From assembly GCF_004010195.1 (NCBI RefSeq), contig NC_057718.1, positions 79,189,852-79,239,376 of the forward strand: a stretch of DNA of 49,525 bases, in the 5' to 3' direction. The stretch is from Chiloscyllium plagiosum (lineage: Eukaryota). This document shows, one piece after another, positions 13,200 to 26,188 of this stretch (positions are counted from its first letter, which is position 1; each line of letters starts with the position of its first letter). Made by a program: the position numbers and the translations under genes. The notes beneath the pieces were generated by a model. The model was not told the origin of the DNA. It did no database searches and saw only the letters and a list, made by a program, of their open reading frames with translations.

Positions 13200-13760
13200 C
13201 ACACGACAATTTTTGAAATGAACTACCTTCAATAATTTCCCCTCATAGCCTTTACACTAATTCATCTTAGGTGATTTTAACCTCCATTTGAATGCACGAT
13301 GTTCTCTCCTCCAACTTAACTTCATTCTCCATGTAGATTCCTGAAGCATCCTCAGAATCACATACTTGACCTGCCATCTTGTAGCCATGTTACTCCCATG
13401 GTATCATTTCAGATACAGCCATTTTTACATTGTGTTTAGTATGGATGGAGAGATGCACAAATAACTCGATTAAATTTGTCACCAAGAGTAGGATCATCTG
13501 ACCAGCTACCTCTGACCCTCCCCTTCCTTCCCCTATCCCACAAAGCTAAACAAATGTTCTTTAAGGATCCTCCCTGCACTCCTCCAGTCTCCATTTCTTC
13601 CCTAATTTGGTTTCCCATCTCCCCTGCCCTCTTTGACCATATCTTGTCCACAGTACTCACCTCCTGCTCTCATGCTCCTATTCCCACTAACTTATGTACC
13701 ACTAAAACTACAGACCACTCTCCTTCCTTTCTAGGCTATGTCAGCCCACATTCTGAATGA
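13200..13760 (+). mobile_element. Decayed L2-like LINE fragments (APE region)
   Basis: ttcatcttaggtgattttaacctccatttgaat translates as FILGDFNLHLN, in pyrimidine-rich L2-like context. Confidence 0.45.
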
Positions 13761-13763
13761 TCT

Positions 13764-13862
13764 GTTCTGAAGAGTCACTGGACCCAGAACTTTAATTGAT
13801 TTCTCTCCACATATGCTGCAAGACCTGCTGAGTGTTCTTCAGCAATTTATGTTTTTTTGTTT
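13764..13862 (+). mobile_element. Short PLE-derived pLTR repeat (same family as 3621-3721)
   Basis: gttctgaagagtcactggacccagaactttaa...ttctctccacatatgctgcaagacctgctgagt... aligns by eye with 3621-3721. Confidence 0.62.
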
Positions 13863-14044
13863 GAATGATTTTCTCTCCTTGAATTCTTACTTATTCTTGT
13901 ACTTCATTTCCCTTTGCAAAAGCCAACTTGCAATTAGTATTTCCAAATGCTTCCTGTTTTAGCATTCAAAGAGTGTAGTCCTCTCTAAATATAAAAATCA
14001 AGACTTTTTTTTAAACTAAAAATGAATAAGATTCATTCTTTCTA

Positions 14045-16390
14045 CATTATACTCCATCTGCCATCTGTGTTATCCCCACACTTAACCAGTTTACATCTCT
14101 ATGCAGCCTACATGCCATCCTCAAGCTTAAATTCCCAACTAGGTTTGCATTGCCAGCAAACTCAGATACAAATGTCTTTTCATCCAAGTCATTAATATAG
14201 ATTGCAAATAGCTGATGTCCTAACACAGATCCTTGTGGTAGGCTACTAGGCACATGCTGGCAACATGAAACCACCCAGTTTATTCCTACTGTTTCCTGCC
14301 AGTGAATAAATCTTCCACTCCCACTAATGTATTAATCCCAAATCATAAGTGCTTGTCTTACTTTTACTTCTGGCGTTCCCTTTTAAAATACCTTTGAAGA
14401 TCCACTGCTTTTCCTTTATTTAATTGAAAGATTTTCAAAACTCAAATTTGTCAAACAAGATTTCTGTTTCATAACACCACGTTGATTCTGTCTGATCATA
14501 TGCTTTTTTCCAAATGCATTTTTAGGACTTTAAATAATTCCACACAAACTGGTTTGCAGTTCAATTTTCAGTTTTTTTTAATTGCAGTGTTGCATTTTGT
14601 GTCATAGAGCTGCACAGCATAGAAACAGACCCTTTGGTCCAACTCACCTGTAATGATCAGATATCCTAAATAAATCTAGTCCCATTTGCCAGCATTTGGC
14701 CCATATCCCTCAAATCCTTTCCTATTCATATAACCATCCGATGCCTTTTAAATAGTGTAATTGTACCAGTCTCCACCACTTCCTCTGGCAGCTCATTCCA
14801 TACATGTACCACCCGCTGTGTGAATGTCACCTTAGGTCCCTTTTAAATCTTTCCCCTCTCACTATGCCTTCTAGTTCTGGACTCGCCCCCCCCCATCCCA
14901 GAGAAAAGACCTTGGCTGTTCACACTACCCATCCCCCTCGTAAATTTAAGCTTAAGTAAGAGGTCACCCCTCAGCCTCTGACACTCCAGGGAAAAAAGCC
15001 CCAGCCTGATATGCCTCTCCCTTTAGCTCAAGCCCTCCAACCTTGGCAACATCCTTTTAAATCTTTTGAGCCCTTTCAAAATTCACAACATCTTTTCTAT
15101 AGCTGGGAGGCCAGAAGTGCACACAGTATTCCAATAGTGGCCTAACCAATATCCTGTACAGCCACAACACAACCTCCCAACTCCTACACTCGGTGCTCTG
15201 ACCAATAAAGGAAAGCATACCAAATACCTTCTTCACTATCCTGTCTACCTGTGACTTTACTTTCAAAGATAATGAACCTGTACTCCAAGGTCATTGTTCA
15301 GTAATGCTCCTAAGGACCTTACCATTAAAACGTATAAGTCCTGCCCTGATTTGCTTTTCCAAAACGCAACACCTCACATTTATCTAAATTAAACTCCAAT
15401 GGGCCCACCGGAGGTAACCTTCTTCACTGATCACCAAAACCTCCAAATTTGGTATCATCGGCAAACTTACTAACTATGTTCATATCCAGATCATTCATAT
15501 AAAATGAATAAAGGCTGCGGACTCAGCACCGATCCTTGTGCCACACCATTGGTCACAGACCTCCAGCCTGAAAAGCAACTCTCCACCACCACCCTCCGTC
15601 TCATTTTTATTTTAGAGCCAGTTCAATATCCAAATGGCTAGTTCTCTCTGTATTCCATGTGATCTAACCTTGCTAACCTGTCTACAATGCAAAATCTTGA
15701 CAAACACTTTACTGAAGTCCACAGAGATCACATCCACCGCTCTGCCTTCATCAACTTGCTAAATTCCAAATCATTGGGACTATTCCAGCTGTTTGGAAAA
15801 TCATTACAAGTGCTTCTACCATTTCAGCAGTCACCTCTTACAATCGAAGACATGTCATTCAGTTCACTGGTTTCAACCCTTTAAAATTCCTCCAGTACAT
15901 TTTCTCAGATCTTTGGTTGCCTCCTATTTCAGTATGTAATTTGTTCAACATCTGCTCAATTTCCACGTTCCCCATGATGATTTGTCCCATCTGTCTCCAG
16001 GAAGACAGCTAACTTCATTGTTGCACAATTGTTAAAGCTATTGGGAAGCATTTTTGCAATCTATTTACGTATTCCTGGCTAATTTGCTCATTTTCTATTT
16101 TCCCATCGTCTTTTGTGACCCTTTCGTTTATAAAATACTCCCAACCCTCAGGCCTCTTCATTTTAAGACTACCATTAACTTCCTTAGGGAAACCACAGCT
16201 AGGATCTAGCTGTAAAGTGTTTTTCAATAGAATGTATTTTTGTCAAACTATGAACTGTTTCATTAAATATCTCCCATTTCAATTGTTACCTAGCTTTTAG
16301 TCTATTCACCAAATCAACTTTAGCAGCTCTTCTCTAATATATATTTTGGTTACATTTAAGATTCTTGACTGAGCTAGAGTTTGTTGCTTT
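14045..16390 (-). mobile_element. Old CR1 LINE with a younger CR1 (HER1-like) copy nested at ~14600-15755
   Basis: LPQGSVLGHQLFAIYINDLD (14047-14274 ORF). Younger copy shows LYRILVRPLLEYCVHFWPPSYRKDV and a 3' tail ending ctctatgac at ~14601. Confidence 0.8.
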
Positions 16391-16397
16391 CAAATCT

Positions 16398-17255
16398 AGA
16401 ACATAGAACATAACAGCGCGGTACAGGACCTTCGGCCCTCGATGGTTCTACAGGTAGGTGCAACAATCTGAAGCAAGTCTATCCTACACTATTCTATTTT
16501 CATCCATATGTTTATCTAATGACCATTTAAATGCCCTTAATGTTGGTGAGTCTACTACTGTTGCAGGCAGGGCATTCCACACCACTACTACTGAGTAAAG
16601 AAGCTACTTTTGACATCTGTCCTATATCTATCATCCCTCAATTTAAAGCTATGTCCCCTCATGCTAGCCATCACCAATCGGAGGAAAAAGGCTCTCACTG
16701 ACCACCCTATCGAATCCTATTATCTTATGTCTCAATTAAGTCACCTCTCAACCACCTTCTCTCTAATGAAGCCCACAGTCTCAAGTCTCTCAGCCTTTCC
16801 TCATAAGGCCTTCCCTCCATACCAGGCAACATCTTAGTAAATCTCGTCTGAACCTTTTGCATAGTTTCCACATCCTTTCTATGAGGTGGTGATCAGAATT
16901 GTATGCAATACTCCCAAGTGCAACCACGCCTGGGTTTTGTATAGCTGCCCCATGACCTCGTGCCTCCAAAATTCAATCCCTCTACCAATAGAAGCTAACA
17001 CACCCTATGCCTTCTTAACAACCCTATCAACCTGGGTGGCAACTTTCAGGGATCTATGCACATGGACACAGGCCTCTCTGCTCATCTACACTACCAAGAA
17101 TCTTACCATTAGCCCAGTACTCTTTTTTCCTGTTGCTCCTTCCAAAGTGAATCACCCCACTTTTCCAGATTAAACTCCATTTGCCACCCCTCAGCACAGC
17201 TCTGAAGCTTATCTATATCCTTCTGTAAAATACAACATCCTTCAGTGCTATCCAC
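16398..17255 (-). mobile_element. CR1 LINE 3' part with (TATGTTC)n tail
   Basis: agaacatagaacata tail; RT C-terminal region (reverse of LEYCIQF.SP); truncated by the PLE fragment at 17253. Confidence 0.78.
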
Positions 17256-17610
17256 CACTTTGACTGGGACAACACATCCATCCTAGGACAAACCAAACAA
17301 AGACACACGAGAATTCCTAGAAGCATGGCATTCTAACCTGAACTATCAACAAACATATCAAGTTAGACCCCATCTACTACTCCCTGAGAAAAGGAACAGG
17401 AAGTGACTTCACCACAGGAAGTGATATCAGCAACCCAAAGAAACCCAAAACATACAAATAGAAAGCAGGAATTTTCAGCATTGCTTTGCCTGAGGCCCAC
17501 TGAAGATGTTATCTAGTAGGGTAACAAAACATCTGGAAATGAACCATGCAGCTCAGCGAGCAAATATACATCCAAAACCTCAACCTGAGCTATAGATCTT
17601 CTCAAAACTA
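17253..17610 (+). mobile_element. Penelope-like element 3' fragment of a different (Poseidon/Penelope-type) family with decayed hammerhead motif
   Basis: Translates as HHFDWDNTSILGQTKQRH/REFLEAWHSN...INKHI.LDPIY (GIY-YIG C-terminal region). Followed by CTGAAGA-t-gttatc(tagtag)ggtaac-aaaacatctgg at 17500-17536. Confidence 0.72.
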
Positions 17611-18169
17611 CAAGATTAATAAATAGCCCTACTTGGACGCACAAAACAGAATCTAGAATAGCTTTAAATCAGTACTCAGTCTTCCTATTACTTTTCCTCT
17701 AAATTCTCAGAGGTGCTGGGACTTCAGAATCTCATGTTGACTCAAATTTTCCATCCTAACATTTATAAAAATAGCTTCTACAGTCATTAAAGATACACGG
17801 TGCAAATGATGCTGAGGGTTAGTGTGGTCTTGATGGACTGAATAGCCTGCTTCCACACTTTTGGGATTCTATGATTCTACAAAACAGCAACACCACCTAA
17901 CTTAACTCCTTCTTAGTGTTTTAATTGCTAAGATTGTGCAATTTAATATTAGAAATACTGAAGCTGGAGGTCAGTGTCATTAATTCAGCTCCTTTGTAAC
18001 AGATTCCATTCTCCTCCACTGACAGCTGACAATGAGCTTGAAAACAGTTTTATTCTGTGCGAGGTTTCTACACTTTTCATTACTATTTCCATGTCAGTAA
18101 CATTACCTGTTGCCGTTTTGATCTCAAATCCTCTGCCACTCAAAGTCTTACCTTCAGACTAGACCGGGC

Positions 18170-18555
18170 TAACAGTCTACCCTCCCTAAGCTTTGTGTTC
18201 TCCAAAACTGCCTATGTTGTAACTCACATCAAATTCTATTTACATTCAACCTGTGTTCAATAAACTTACATTAGCGCCTGACCAAGCAAGGTCTTGATTT
18301 CAAAATTTTCATCCTCATTGTCAAATCTCTGCAGAGTTTGGTCTTTTCTAATCTCATCTAGCCCTATATTTCTCATATCTGCCCTGCTCAAACTCAAAAT
18401 TTTAAAATCAATCCAATACCGCCATGTCTTTAGCTGCCTCAGCTATAAAATCTAGAAATCTCTCCCTAAATGTTCTCAGCTCTGTTCCTCTTATTTTCTC
18501 CTTCAATCCACTCCTTAAGGCTTTTTTGACCAAGCTTTTGGTCATCTACACCAAT
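18170..18555 (+). mobile_element. L2 LINE 3' fragment
   Basis: gatttcaaaattttcatcctcattgtcaaatctctg (DFKIFILIVKSL) and the tail tctccttcaatccactccttaagg...tttgaccaagcttttggtcatct. Confidence 0.6.
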
Positions 18556-19414
18556 ACCAAAATATTACACTATTCACACATAGGAAAAAGACTTGCAGTT
18601 ATTTGGTGTTTTACATGATCAATGGATATCCCAAAAGTGCTTTACAATCAATTAAGTACAATTAAAGTATAATCAAATCTAGAGAACCAAGGTAGAGCTG
18701 ACCTCCTGATATTGCTGCGATTTAAGACTTTGAATTCAGAGTCGGATTTAGGCTAGATGCACTTAGTGTTTAGTTCCTGGTACAAATCATTGTCAACAGT
18801 ATACGTACAAGGCAGCTTCAGTGATCACCAGCACTCTGGCTTCAATGGACAACAGTGGGTCACAATATCTGACATTGGTATGTGTTAGGTCCAGGATTCG
18901 GGGAAAATTGGGAAAATGAATAATTAACTGAAAGCTGACAAGGTTGACAGGGACTGCAATGCAGAATTAACATGGTGGTGTGCACAGTAGGGAAGCATTA
19001 CCTAACAGGTACAACCTGGAACTCATTGACTGGAGCACAATTTGGAAAGCCTTTCATCTTCAACCAAATCTCAACTATGCATTAAACAGCAGAATGGCTG
19101 CCAGCACACCTAGCTTTGTTTGGCTTGCAGGGGCAGGCTCCAGTTTTGGCTAATGTGGGTCCTATGGAGGGGCAATTGCATCAAATCAGGCATATATTGA
19201 AACTTAAAAGACACTAGCAATCACATTTGCATATGCATCTCATTCATTGAGAAGTACATAGATTACAAAGTCTGACCATAAGCAATCTGGATCTTTTCAC
19301 TGATCATTGCAAATTAATCCTAGTAATCCCTGCACTGTAGAAGTGATCACAGGTGATCTTTAAAGTTTCACCTATAGAGGAGAATTCCAGAACACATTCC
19401 AAAGATGTCACTAA

Positions 19415-20500
19415 CACCCAGTGGCTCTGACTGCCATATCATGAAGTGCTTTGAGAGGTTAGTTATGGCCCACAGCAATTCTAGCCTCCGAGCTTGCCTC
19501 GATTCCCTGCTCTTTATTTGCCCACTAGCAAAAACAGGTCCACAACAGATGCCATTTCCCTAGCCCTACACTGATCACTGGAACATCTGAATAACAAGAA
19601 CCTCTATGTCAGGCTACTATTGATCGACTACAGCTCCACCTGCAACACCATAAAGCCTACCAGGCTAATTTCGAAACTCAGACCTGGGCATTAGCTCCTC
19701 CCACTATAACTGGATCCTCAGCTTCCTGATGCACAGATTATAATCAGTGAAGATAGACAAAACCACCTCCATGATAATCCTCAAACTGGCACCCCACAAG
19801 GATGCATACTCAGCCCTCTACTGTACTTGCTGTACACTCATGACTGTGTAGCTGATCATCTACAAGTTTGCTGATGACACCATCATTGTAGGCCAGATAT
19901 TAAACAATGCTGAGTCAGACTATAGAAAGGAGACAGAATGCTTGATGTTGTGGTGCAATGATAACAGTCTCTCTCTGAACGTCAGCAAAACATAAGAGCT
20001 GATCATTGACTTCATGAAGAAAGGAGGAGGACACACCCTTATCAACAGAGCAGAGGTGGAGAGAGTGGAGTGGATCATGTTCCTCGGAGTGACAATAACC
20101 AATTTGTCCTGGCCTCCCCATGTAGGTGTAACGGTCAAGAAGGCATACATTTCTTCAGGAGACTTAGGAAATTCGACACTCACATAAGGACACTCACCAA
20201 CTTTTACAGATGCATCATAGAAAGCCACCTGGTGCATAATGGCTTATACGGCAACTACTCTGCCCAGGACTGTAAGAAACTACAGAAAGTTGTGCATAGC
20301 CCACACCATCATGGAAGTCAACCTCCCATTCTTGGACTCCACCTACACCTCTCATTACTGCAGAAATGTGAGCAAAGACCCCTCCCACCCTGGTAATACT
20401 TTCTCCCAGCCTCTTCAGTCAGGCAACAGATACAGAAGCTTGAACATATGCACCAACAGGTTCAAGAACAGTTTCAGCTGTTATTAGACTGCCGAATGGA
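19415..20500 (+). mobile_element. Rex1/Babar-type non-LTR retrotransposon, decayed RT and C-terminus
   Basis: Fragments [58 protein letters not shown] and LQSGNRYRSLNICTNRFKNSF are typical of Rex1/Babar RT. Many stops and frameshifts. Confidence 0.8.
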
Positions 20501-20719
20501 CTTCTAATTTCTATGTGACTACAATAAATCAAATCATCAACAGGTCAAGGGCGTAGAGATGCTTCCTTCTCAAACTGCATTTCTTGGATGATGTGGAGTG
20601 TGATGTGACAAGACAAAATTTTAGTCACCCTTCCAAACAATCTTCCACTACATTCATATTATATGGCTTGTGCAGCATATATCTGAATAAAGTCTCACAT
20701 ATCAAGCGATCCATGAAAG

Positions 20720-20930
20720 ACATCCCACAGCCCTCCTCGTCAATGGCCTGCAGCCATTTAGCAAAAATACCTTGGTTATTCATTTATCTATGCCTTTTGA
20801 TTTTATAAACCTCTATAAAAGGTTATTCAACTTCCATGCTCCAGTGAAAAATAAAATCAGACTATCCAGTCTATTTTCATAACTCAAACACACTTCCCAG
20901 CAACATCCAGGTAAATCGTTTCTGAATCCT
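20720..20930 (-). mobile_element. CR1 LINE fragment
   Basis: gattttataaacctctataa...gctccagtgaaaaa...cccagcaacatccaggtaaatc aligns with 32080-32200. Confidence 0.6.
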
Positions 20931-22459
20931 GGAGGGTGCAGGAAACCACCCTCGGAGGGATCAGTGTTTTGTTCCTCAGAAATGGAGGAGGACCTTATCA
21001 TTTACAAACAGAGGCTGTGTTGATTTAACTAGCACCTGAATGGAGGTGAGGGGGAAAATTAGTTATACAATGTACTCTGGCAGAATTGTAAGGATACCAG
21101 TAGATCCTTTGGACTGTGATTACATTGGATAAGAGCTTAACAGAGGAAAATGGCAAGAAAGTGACATTCATAGAGAATATTAAGAGATGGAGGATTACCT
21201 GCCTACTACCCCATATCTCCTCTTTCACAATCTTTACAACATGCATCTAAAAACACCACAGGTAAATCCAACTCAGTCCACTTGTACTTTCTACCAGATG
21301 GATTTCCATCTCACCAGTCATCATGTCCTTAGCGCACAGCCATGCACACCTTTTCTTTTTTAAAAACTGTAGCACTGTTAGAACAGTTGAAATCAGATAA
21401 TCCAACACATGCTAAATGTCTGCCTGGTTTACAATAACTCAGCAGTATAATATCTGGTGCATTTACCCACTGAGCCATCAGGAGCTAGTGCATTTTACCA
21501 AATCTACAAATGAAAGAGATGCATTTAAACAAATTTGATATTCTTCAAAACTTAACTTGAACGAACTTCAATGCTATATAGTTGCATTTCTACACAAATG
21601 CACAGAAAAGTTGCTTTAAGAGATACCTTCAAGCTCCATATCAGCCACAAAATTTAATGAAGTTAATGAATTGAGAAAAGCATATACTTTTAGGGGAATA
21701 AAGAAAAGTAGTAATTTTCAAATTCAGCATCTCATCTCAAGACAGTAAAATCGGCTGAGAAGGCAACACGTTATCCCAAAAGTGCTTTGAGTTCTGTACA
21801 GCCTACATTATTTCATATTTTGATGAATAAGTGTGAAAGTCACATGTAAGTACTCCATTGCTGAGAAACAATTCACTCATGCTCAGCTGCTTTTCAGTTA
21901 CAGGAAGTGGGTTAAAGTGAAGGGTCTCACATTAGAGTGGACCTATTATGAACAAAACTAAAAGGCATACATTTCATATCAGGTATGTTTGGTACAGGAG
22001 CCAACTGAAAGAAAGACTATTAGTAGTTTTGTACATAGTTGGAAGTGCTACAGATATCACTGAACATGCATACTTGGCGGGGGGGGGGGGGGGGAGGGAG
22101 TGGTGGAGAGAAGCAAAATCTCATTTAACAATCTCATTCTTCTGCATGACAACCACCCTCAACCTGTTGTAAGAGATCACATTTGACTTGTGTTATAAAC
22201 AGGAATGGAAGTCAGATGCTGCTAAATAGCTAAAATACCAGAAGACTTTCACACCTTGAAAAGGTAAATGGTGTACATGTTTTGCTGTACAAGACTATAC
22301 TGCCTTTGTAGCAGTGAGAACATTGAGACATAGCACCAGGATTCTTTAAGTTAAGGAACTGCCTAACGATAGCGCCTCAGATTGGTTGAGCTGTAGTTGC
22401 TCGAGACCTGCAAGGGCAGCACATCTAAAAACTACTGAAGCTAGGAAACAAATACATCC

Positions 22460-23322
22460 AAAAACGCACAACCCAGATGGACTCCTTCTTCAAGGACCGC
22501 AATTTCCCCCCGACGTGGTCGACGATGCCCTCCACCGCATCTCTTCCACTTCCCGCTCCTCCGCCCTTGAACCCCACCCCTCCAACCGCCACCAGGACAG
22601 AACCCCACGGGTGCTCACCTACCACCCCACTAACCTCCATGTACAGCGCATAATCCGCCGCCATTTCCGCCACCTCCAAACGGACCCCACCACCAAGGAT
22701 ATATTTCCCTCCCCTCCCCTACCAGCACCCCGTAAAGACCACTCCCTCCGTGACTCCCCCGTCAGANNNNNNNNNNNNNNNNNNNNNNNNNNNNNNNNNN
22801 NNNNNNNNNNNNNNNNNNNNNNNNNNNNNNNNNNNNNNNNNNNNNNNNNNNNNNNNNNNNNNNNNNNNNNNNNNNNNNNNNNNNNNNNNNNNNNNNNNNN
22901 NNNNNNNNNNNNNNNNNNNNNNNNNNNNNNNNNNNNNNNNNNNNNNNNNNNNNNNNNNNNNNNNNNNNNNNNNNNNNNNNNNNNNNNNNNNNNNNNNNNN
23001 NNNNNNNNNNNNNNNNNNNNNNNNNNNNNNNNNNNNNNNNNNNNNNNNNNNNNNNNNNNNNNNNNNNNNNNNNNNNNNNNNNNNNNNNNNNNNNNNNNNN
23101 NNNTCACCCTCACCCTCACCTCCTTCCACCTATCGTATTCCCAGTGCCCCTCCCCCAAATCCCCTCCCCCCTACCTTTTATCTCAGCATGCTTGGCACAC
23201 CAGCCTCATTCCTGAAGGGCTTATGCCCGAAACGTCGATTCTCCTGTTCCCTGGATGCTGCCTGACCTGCTGCGCTTTTCCAGCAACACATTTCCAGCTC
23301 CTGCAGACCTCACTTTCTCCTC
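22460..23322 (+). mobile_element. Second Neptune-type Penelope-like element copy spanning an N gap, with 13-bp target-site duplication
   Basis: Highly similar to 11860-12887 (FPPDVVDDALHRISSTSR...HRHFRHLQTDPTT). Flanked by direct repeats aacaaatacatcc at 22447-22459 and 23323-23335. Ends in cactttctcctc. Confidence 0.88.
22767..23103. other. Assembly gap (337 N)
   Basis: Run of N inside the PLE copy. Confidence 0.99.
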
Positions 23323-25554
23323 AACAAATACATCCTTGCCCGCTCCCGACCACCCCTTCTCTCTGCAAGTGAATACACAATCCTAAAGAGTCTAAAGACG
23401 ACTTAGGTCTATCTGAATAGCTAATAAATCAAAGAATGACAATGGCTCTGCAAACAATGTCATCATTGTTAAAAGCAAAAGAACGGAGAACAGCTCGCCA
23501 CTACCTTGTGGTCTGAAGTTTTGATCAGCAGAAAATCAATTTTCCCTAACTATATTTTTCCACCCATAATATTTGCATCCTATTCATCAATATGTACACA
23601 AATACTACAGGTTTTAAAGAGGTATAGCTTAAGTCACTTTTTTTGTCATTTGTTAACGAATTAAGCTTGTTTACAATAAATAGTTCTTTTCCTGTTAATA
23701 ACAAAGCCTAGTGTGAATTCTTTTCCTGAAGAACACAGTCAGACAGGCAAACTGATCTTAGCGGTTTAATTGGGTGGCTCATGGAAGAGTGGAGCTTGAT
23801 TATCAGCACATTTTTCTCCATTGAATGGGAGCATTATGTGCAGACACGGGAAACTTAAGGTACATACTTTGTATCTGCAAATTACTTTATAACTAGGCAG
23901 TTCCAATATGACACTTTTTCTAAGTTGTTGTAATACCTGCATTTGATGCTACATTACTGTTGTAATATTAAGGGAAAGGGACTTTTTAAAAAAAAAGCAC
24001 CACTGCATGTGTACATAAGTATGATAGCAACTAAAAATCTTAGGGAAGATATTTGAAAGTCAAATATTGCTCAAGTTCCTTTTAAAAACGTATTTGACCC
24101 ATTTGTTTGTTCATACATCTGCTCAAATGTTTGAATGCGGCAAAATAAAAAAAATCAAAGGTAGAACAAACTGCCATTGGCTGCCAATGAAAATTGCCAC
24201 CATCCTCAGAAAATTGCTTCTCTTTAGGGTGGAGAGTAACATCTTATGCCAACTAACCAATTTGACATGCAAATTAAGTGAACAGCTTTTTAAAAACCAC
24301 AAAGGACTTTTTTTTCTCCCTTTGAACATAAAATACCCTATTCTTTCAGATACAACTAATACTTCAAAACACTTTCCTGCTTCATTATTCATCTTTGCCT
24401 AGTGGCACAGGGCAGTCTTTTGAACAGTTCAACTATGGCCACCTTATGAATTTGCAAACCATGCAAATCAGTGCTAAAGCCAGTAGTACAATTGTAAACA
24501 AGATGGTCATGTTAAAATGGCATTGATCAAAGTGTTAAAGTTCCTTTTAGTTTTCCCACAATATTAGGATCACCATCCTCCAACTCTCCAAGTTATTTTT
24601 GAAACTGATGTCCCAAGATGGTCACATTATACATCAGTGTCAATAAAGCATGTAGTCTTGAGAACATTACAGACTTTTTTTTGGTACTCATGATCCTAAC
24701 CAACGTTATTACTAAAGAATACAAATCCCACACCGAAATCTGGTATCACATTTGCTTTAGCAAGATGTTCCTTCACTGAAGTGTAAGCTCACAATGCTGC
24801 AGACTTGGTTTAAACAAGAGAGTTTACTGTGCAAAATGATTAAAATCAAAATATATCAACTATTCTTACAAGTTTAAAGATTTCAAAACTCAGTAAAATA
24901 TAATCCTATTGATTCCTTTACAGTATTCACCAAAAAATAATTCTCTTCTCTGCTATATCTGTAAAGTTTGACTTAATTATGGCTTCAATCTCCTGTCTTA
25001 AGGAATTTGATAACCTCTGCCTTGCGTCTTCATACGACAGAACATAAGACTTACTCAGCAACAAATAACCCTTCAGGGTTTTATCCAAACTCAAGCTGGA
25101 ACTTTAAAACTAAACACCTTTCATGGAGATACCTATTTTTGGCAGTTCTATACTATCTCCCTTTACGGCAAATGGTTTTACATTCACCTTAAACAAGGAC
25201 TCCTACAAATTGCAACAAAATAAAAAGCAGCTTTCATCAAGCTATGGGTATTTCCAAGCCAACAAAAAAAAAACATACCATTCTGAATACTTCCAACTGA
25301 AGTATATTGCACAACAGTTTATTTTGTTCACTCAATAAACTCATCTGATGAAAACAAAACCCATAATTCCCCAGTAAGTCTCTCACTTTTTAGAGAAATC
25401 AAATATTTCAGAAATACTTAAGTTAATAATTAAACCCCTTCACAAAACAGACTAAAATCCACATACTAGTTCAAAAGCCAAACTCTAAAACAGATATTAA
25501 ATAGTCAGTTCTTCTATAAAGCAATGATTGCATTCTTGTGCAACCCTGCATTGC

Positions 25555-25890
25555 AGAAACTATGCTTTAGAAAGTGCTTAAAGTGTTGGTGCTGTGATCA
25601 CGCACTTCTGGCTGACGATTGCTGTAAATGTGTCAGGCTTATGTTAGGCTCTTGTATAATTGAGGATTGGAATATTTGTGGATATTCCTCATCCAGCGAG
25701 TTGTTTAATTGCCCACCATCATTCGTGACTTGATTGGCAGGACCGCAAAACTTAGATCTGATCCGTTGGTTGCAGGATCGTTTAGCTCTGTCTATCAGTT
25801 GCTGCTTATGCCGTTTGGCATGCATGTAGTCCTTTTGATAGCTTTACCAAGTTGACATCTCTCTTAGATATGCTTGGTGCTGCTCCTGGC
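25555..25890 (-). mobile_element. CR1-group LINE fragment (same family)
   Basis: Minus-strand MHAKRHKQQLIDRAKRSCNQRIRSKFC is homologous to plus-strand 5790-5870 (gcatgccaaacagcagtgatagataga...). Confidence 0.55.
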
Positions 25891-26125
25891 ATACATTCCA
25901 GCTCTTTAAAGATCAGCTTAAATTCAGTTGAACTTCATTCAAATATCACAGGTTAGCTTTACTAAGGAGATCCATTGAGTAGGCTCAGAGTTTGACATGT
26001 CAATAATTTCAATGTTATTGGCCAACATGTTCCCACCTCTAGCATATTTTAAAATGAGACCGCTTCAGGGGAATGATAGCCACAAACCACCAGCGCCAGG
26101 TAACCATTTAGATAAATTTCTACAT

Positions 26126-26188
26126 GAATTTGAATTGAGTTTATTGTCACGTGTACAGAGGCACAGTGAAAAGCTTTGTCTTGCGAGC
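26126..26188 (-). mobile_element. Short 3'-terminal fragment of the same Rex1/Babar family
   Basis: gaattgagtttattgtcacgtgtacagaggcacagtgaaaagctttgtcttgcgagc is nearly identical to 38137-38193. Confidence 0.7.

Noticed and set aside
22079..22098. Poly-G run (G-quadruplex candidate)
   Set aside because: Simple homopolymer, error-prone in assembly, with no supporting context.
22386..23372. 328-aa ORF, the longest in the track
   Set aside because: Artefact of reading through 337 Ns. The flanks are frameshifted PLE sequence.
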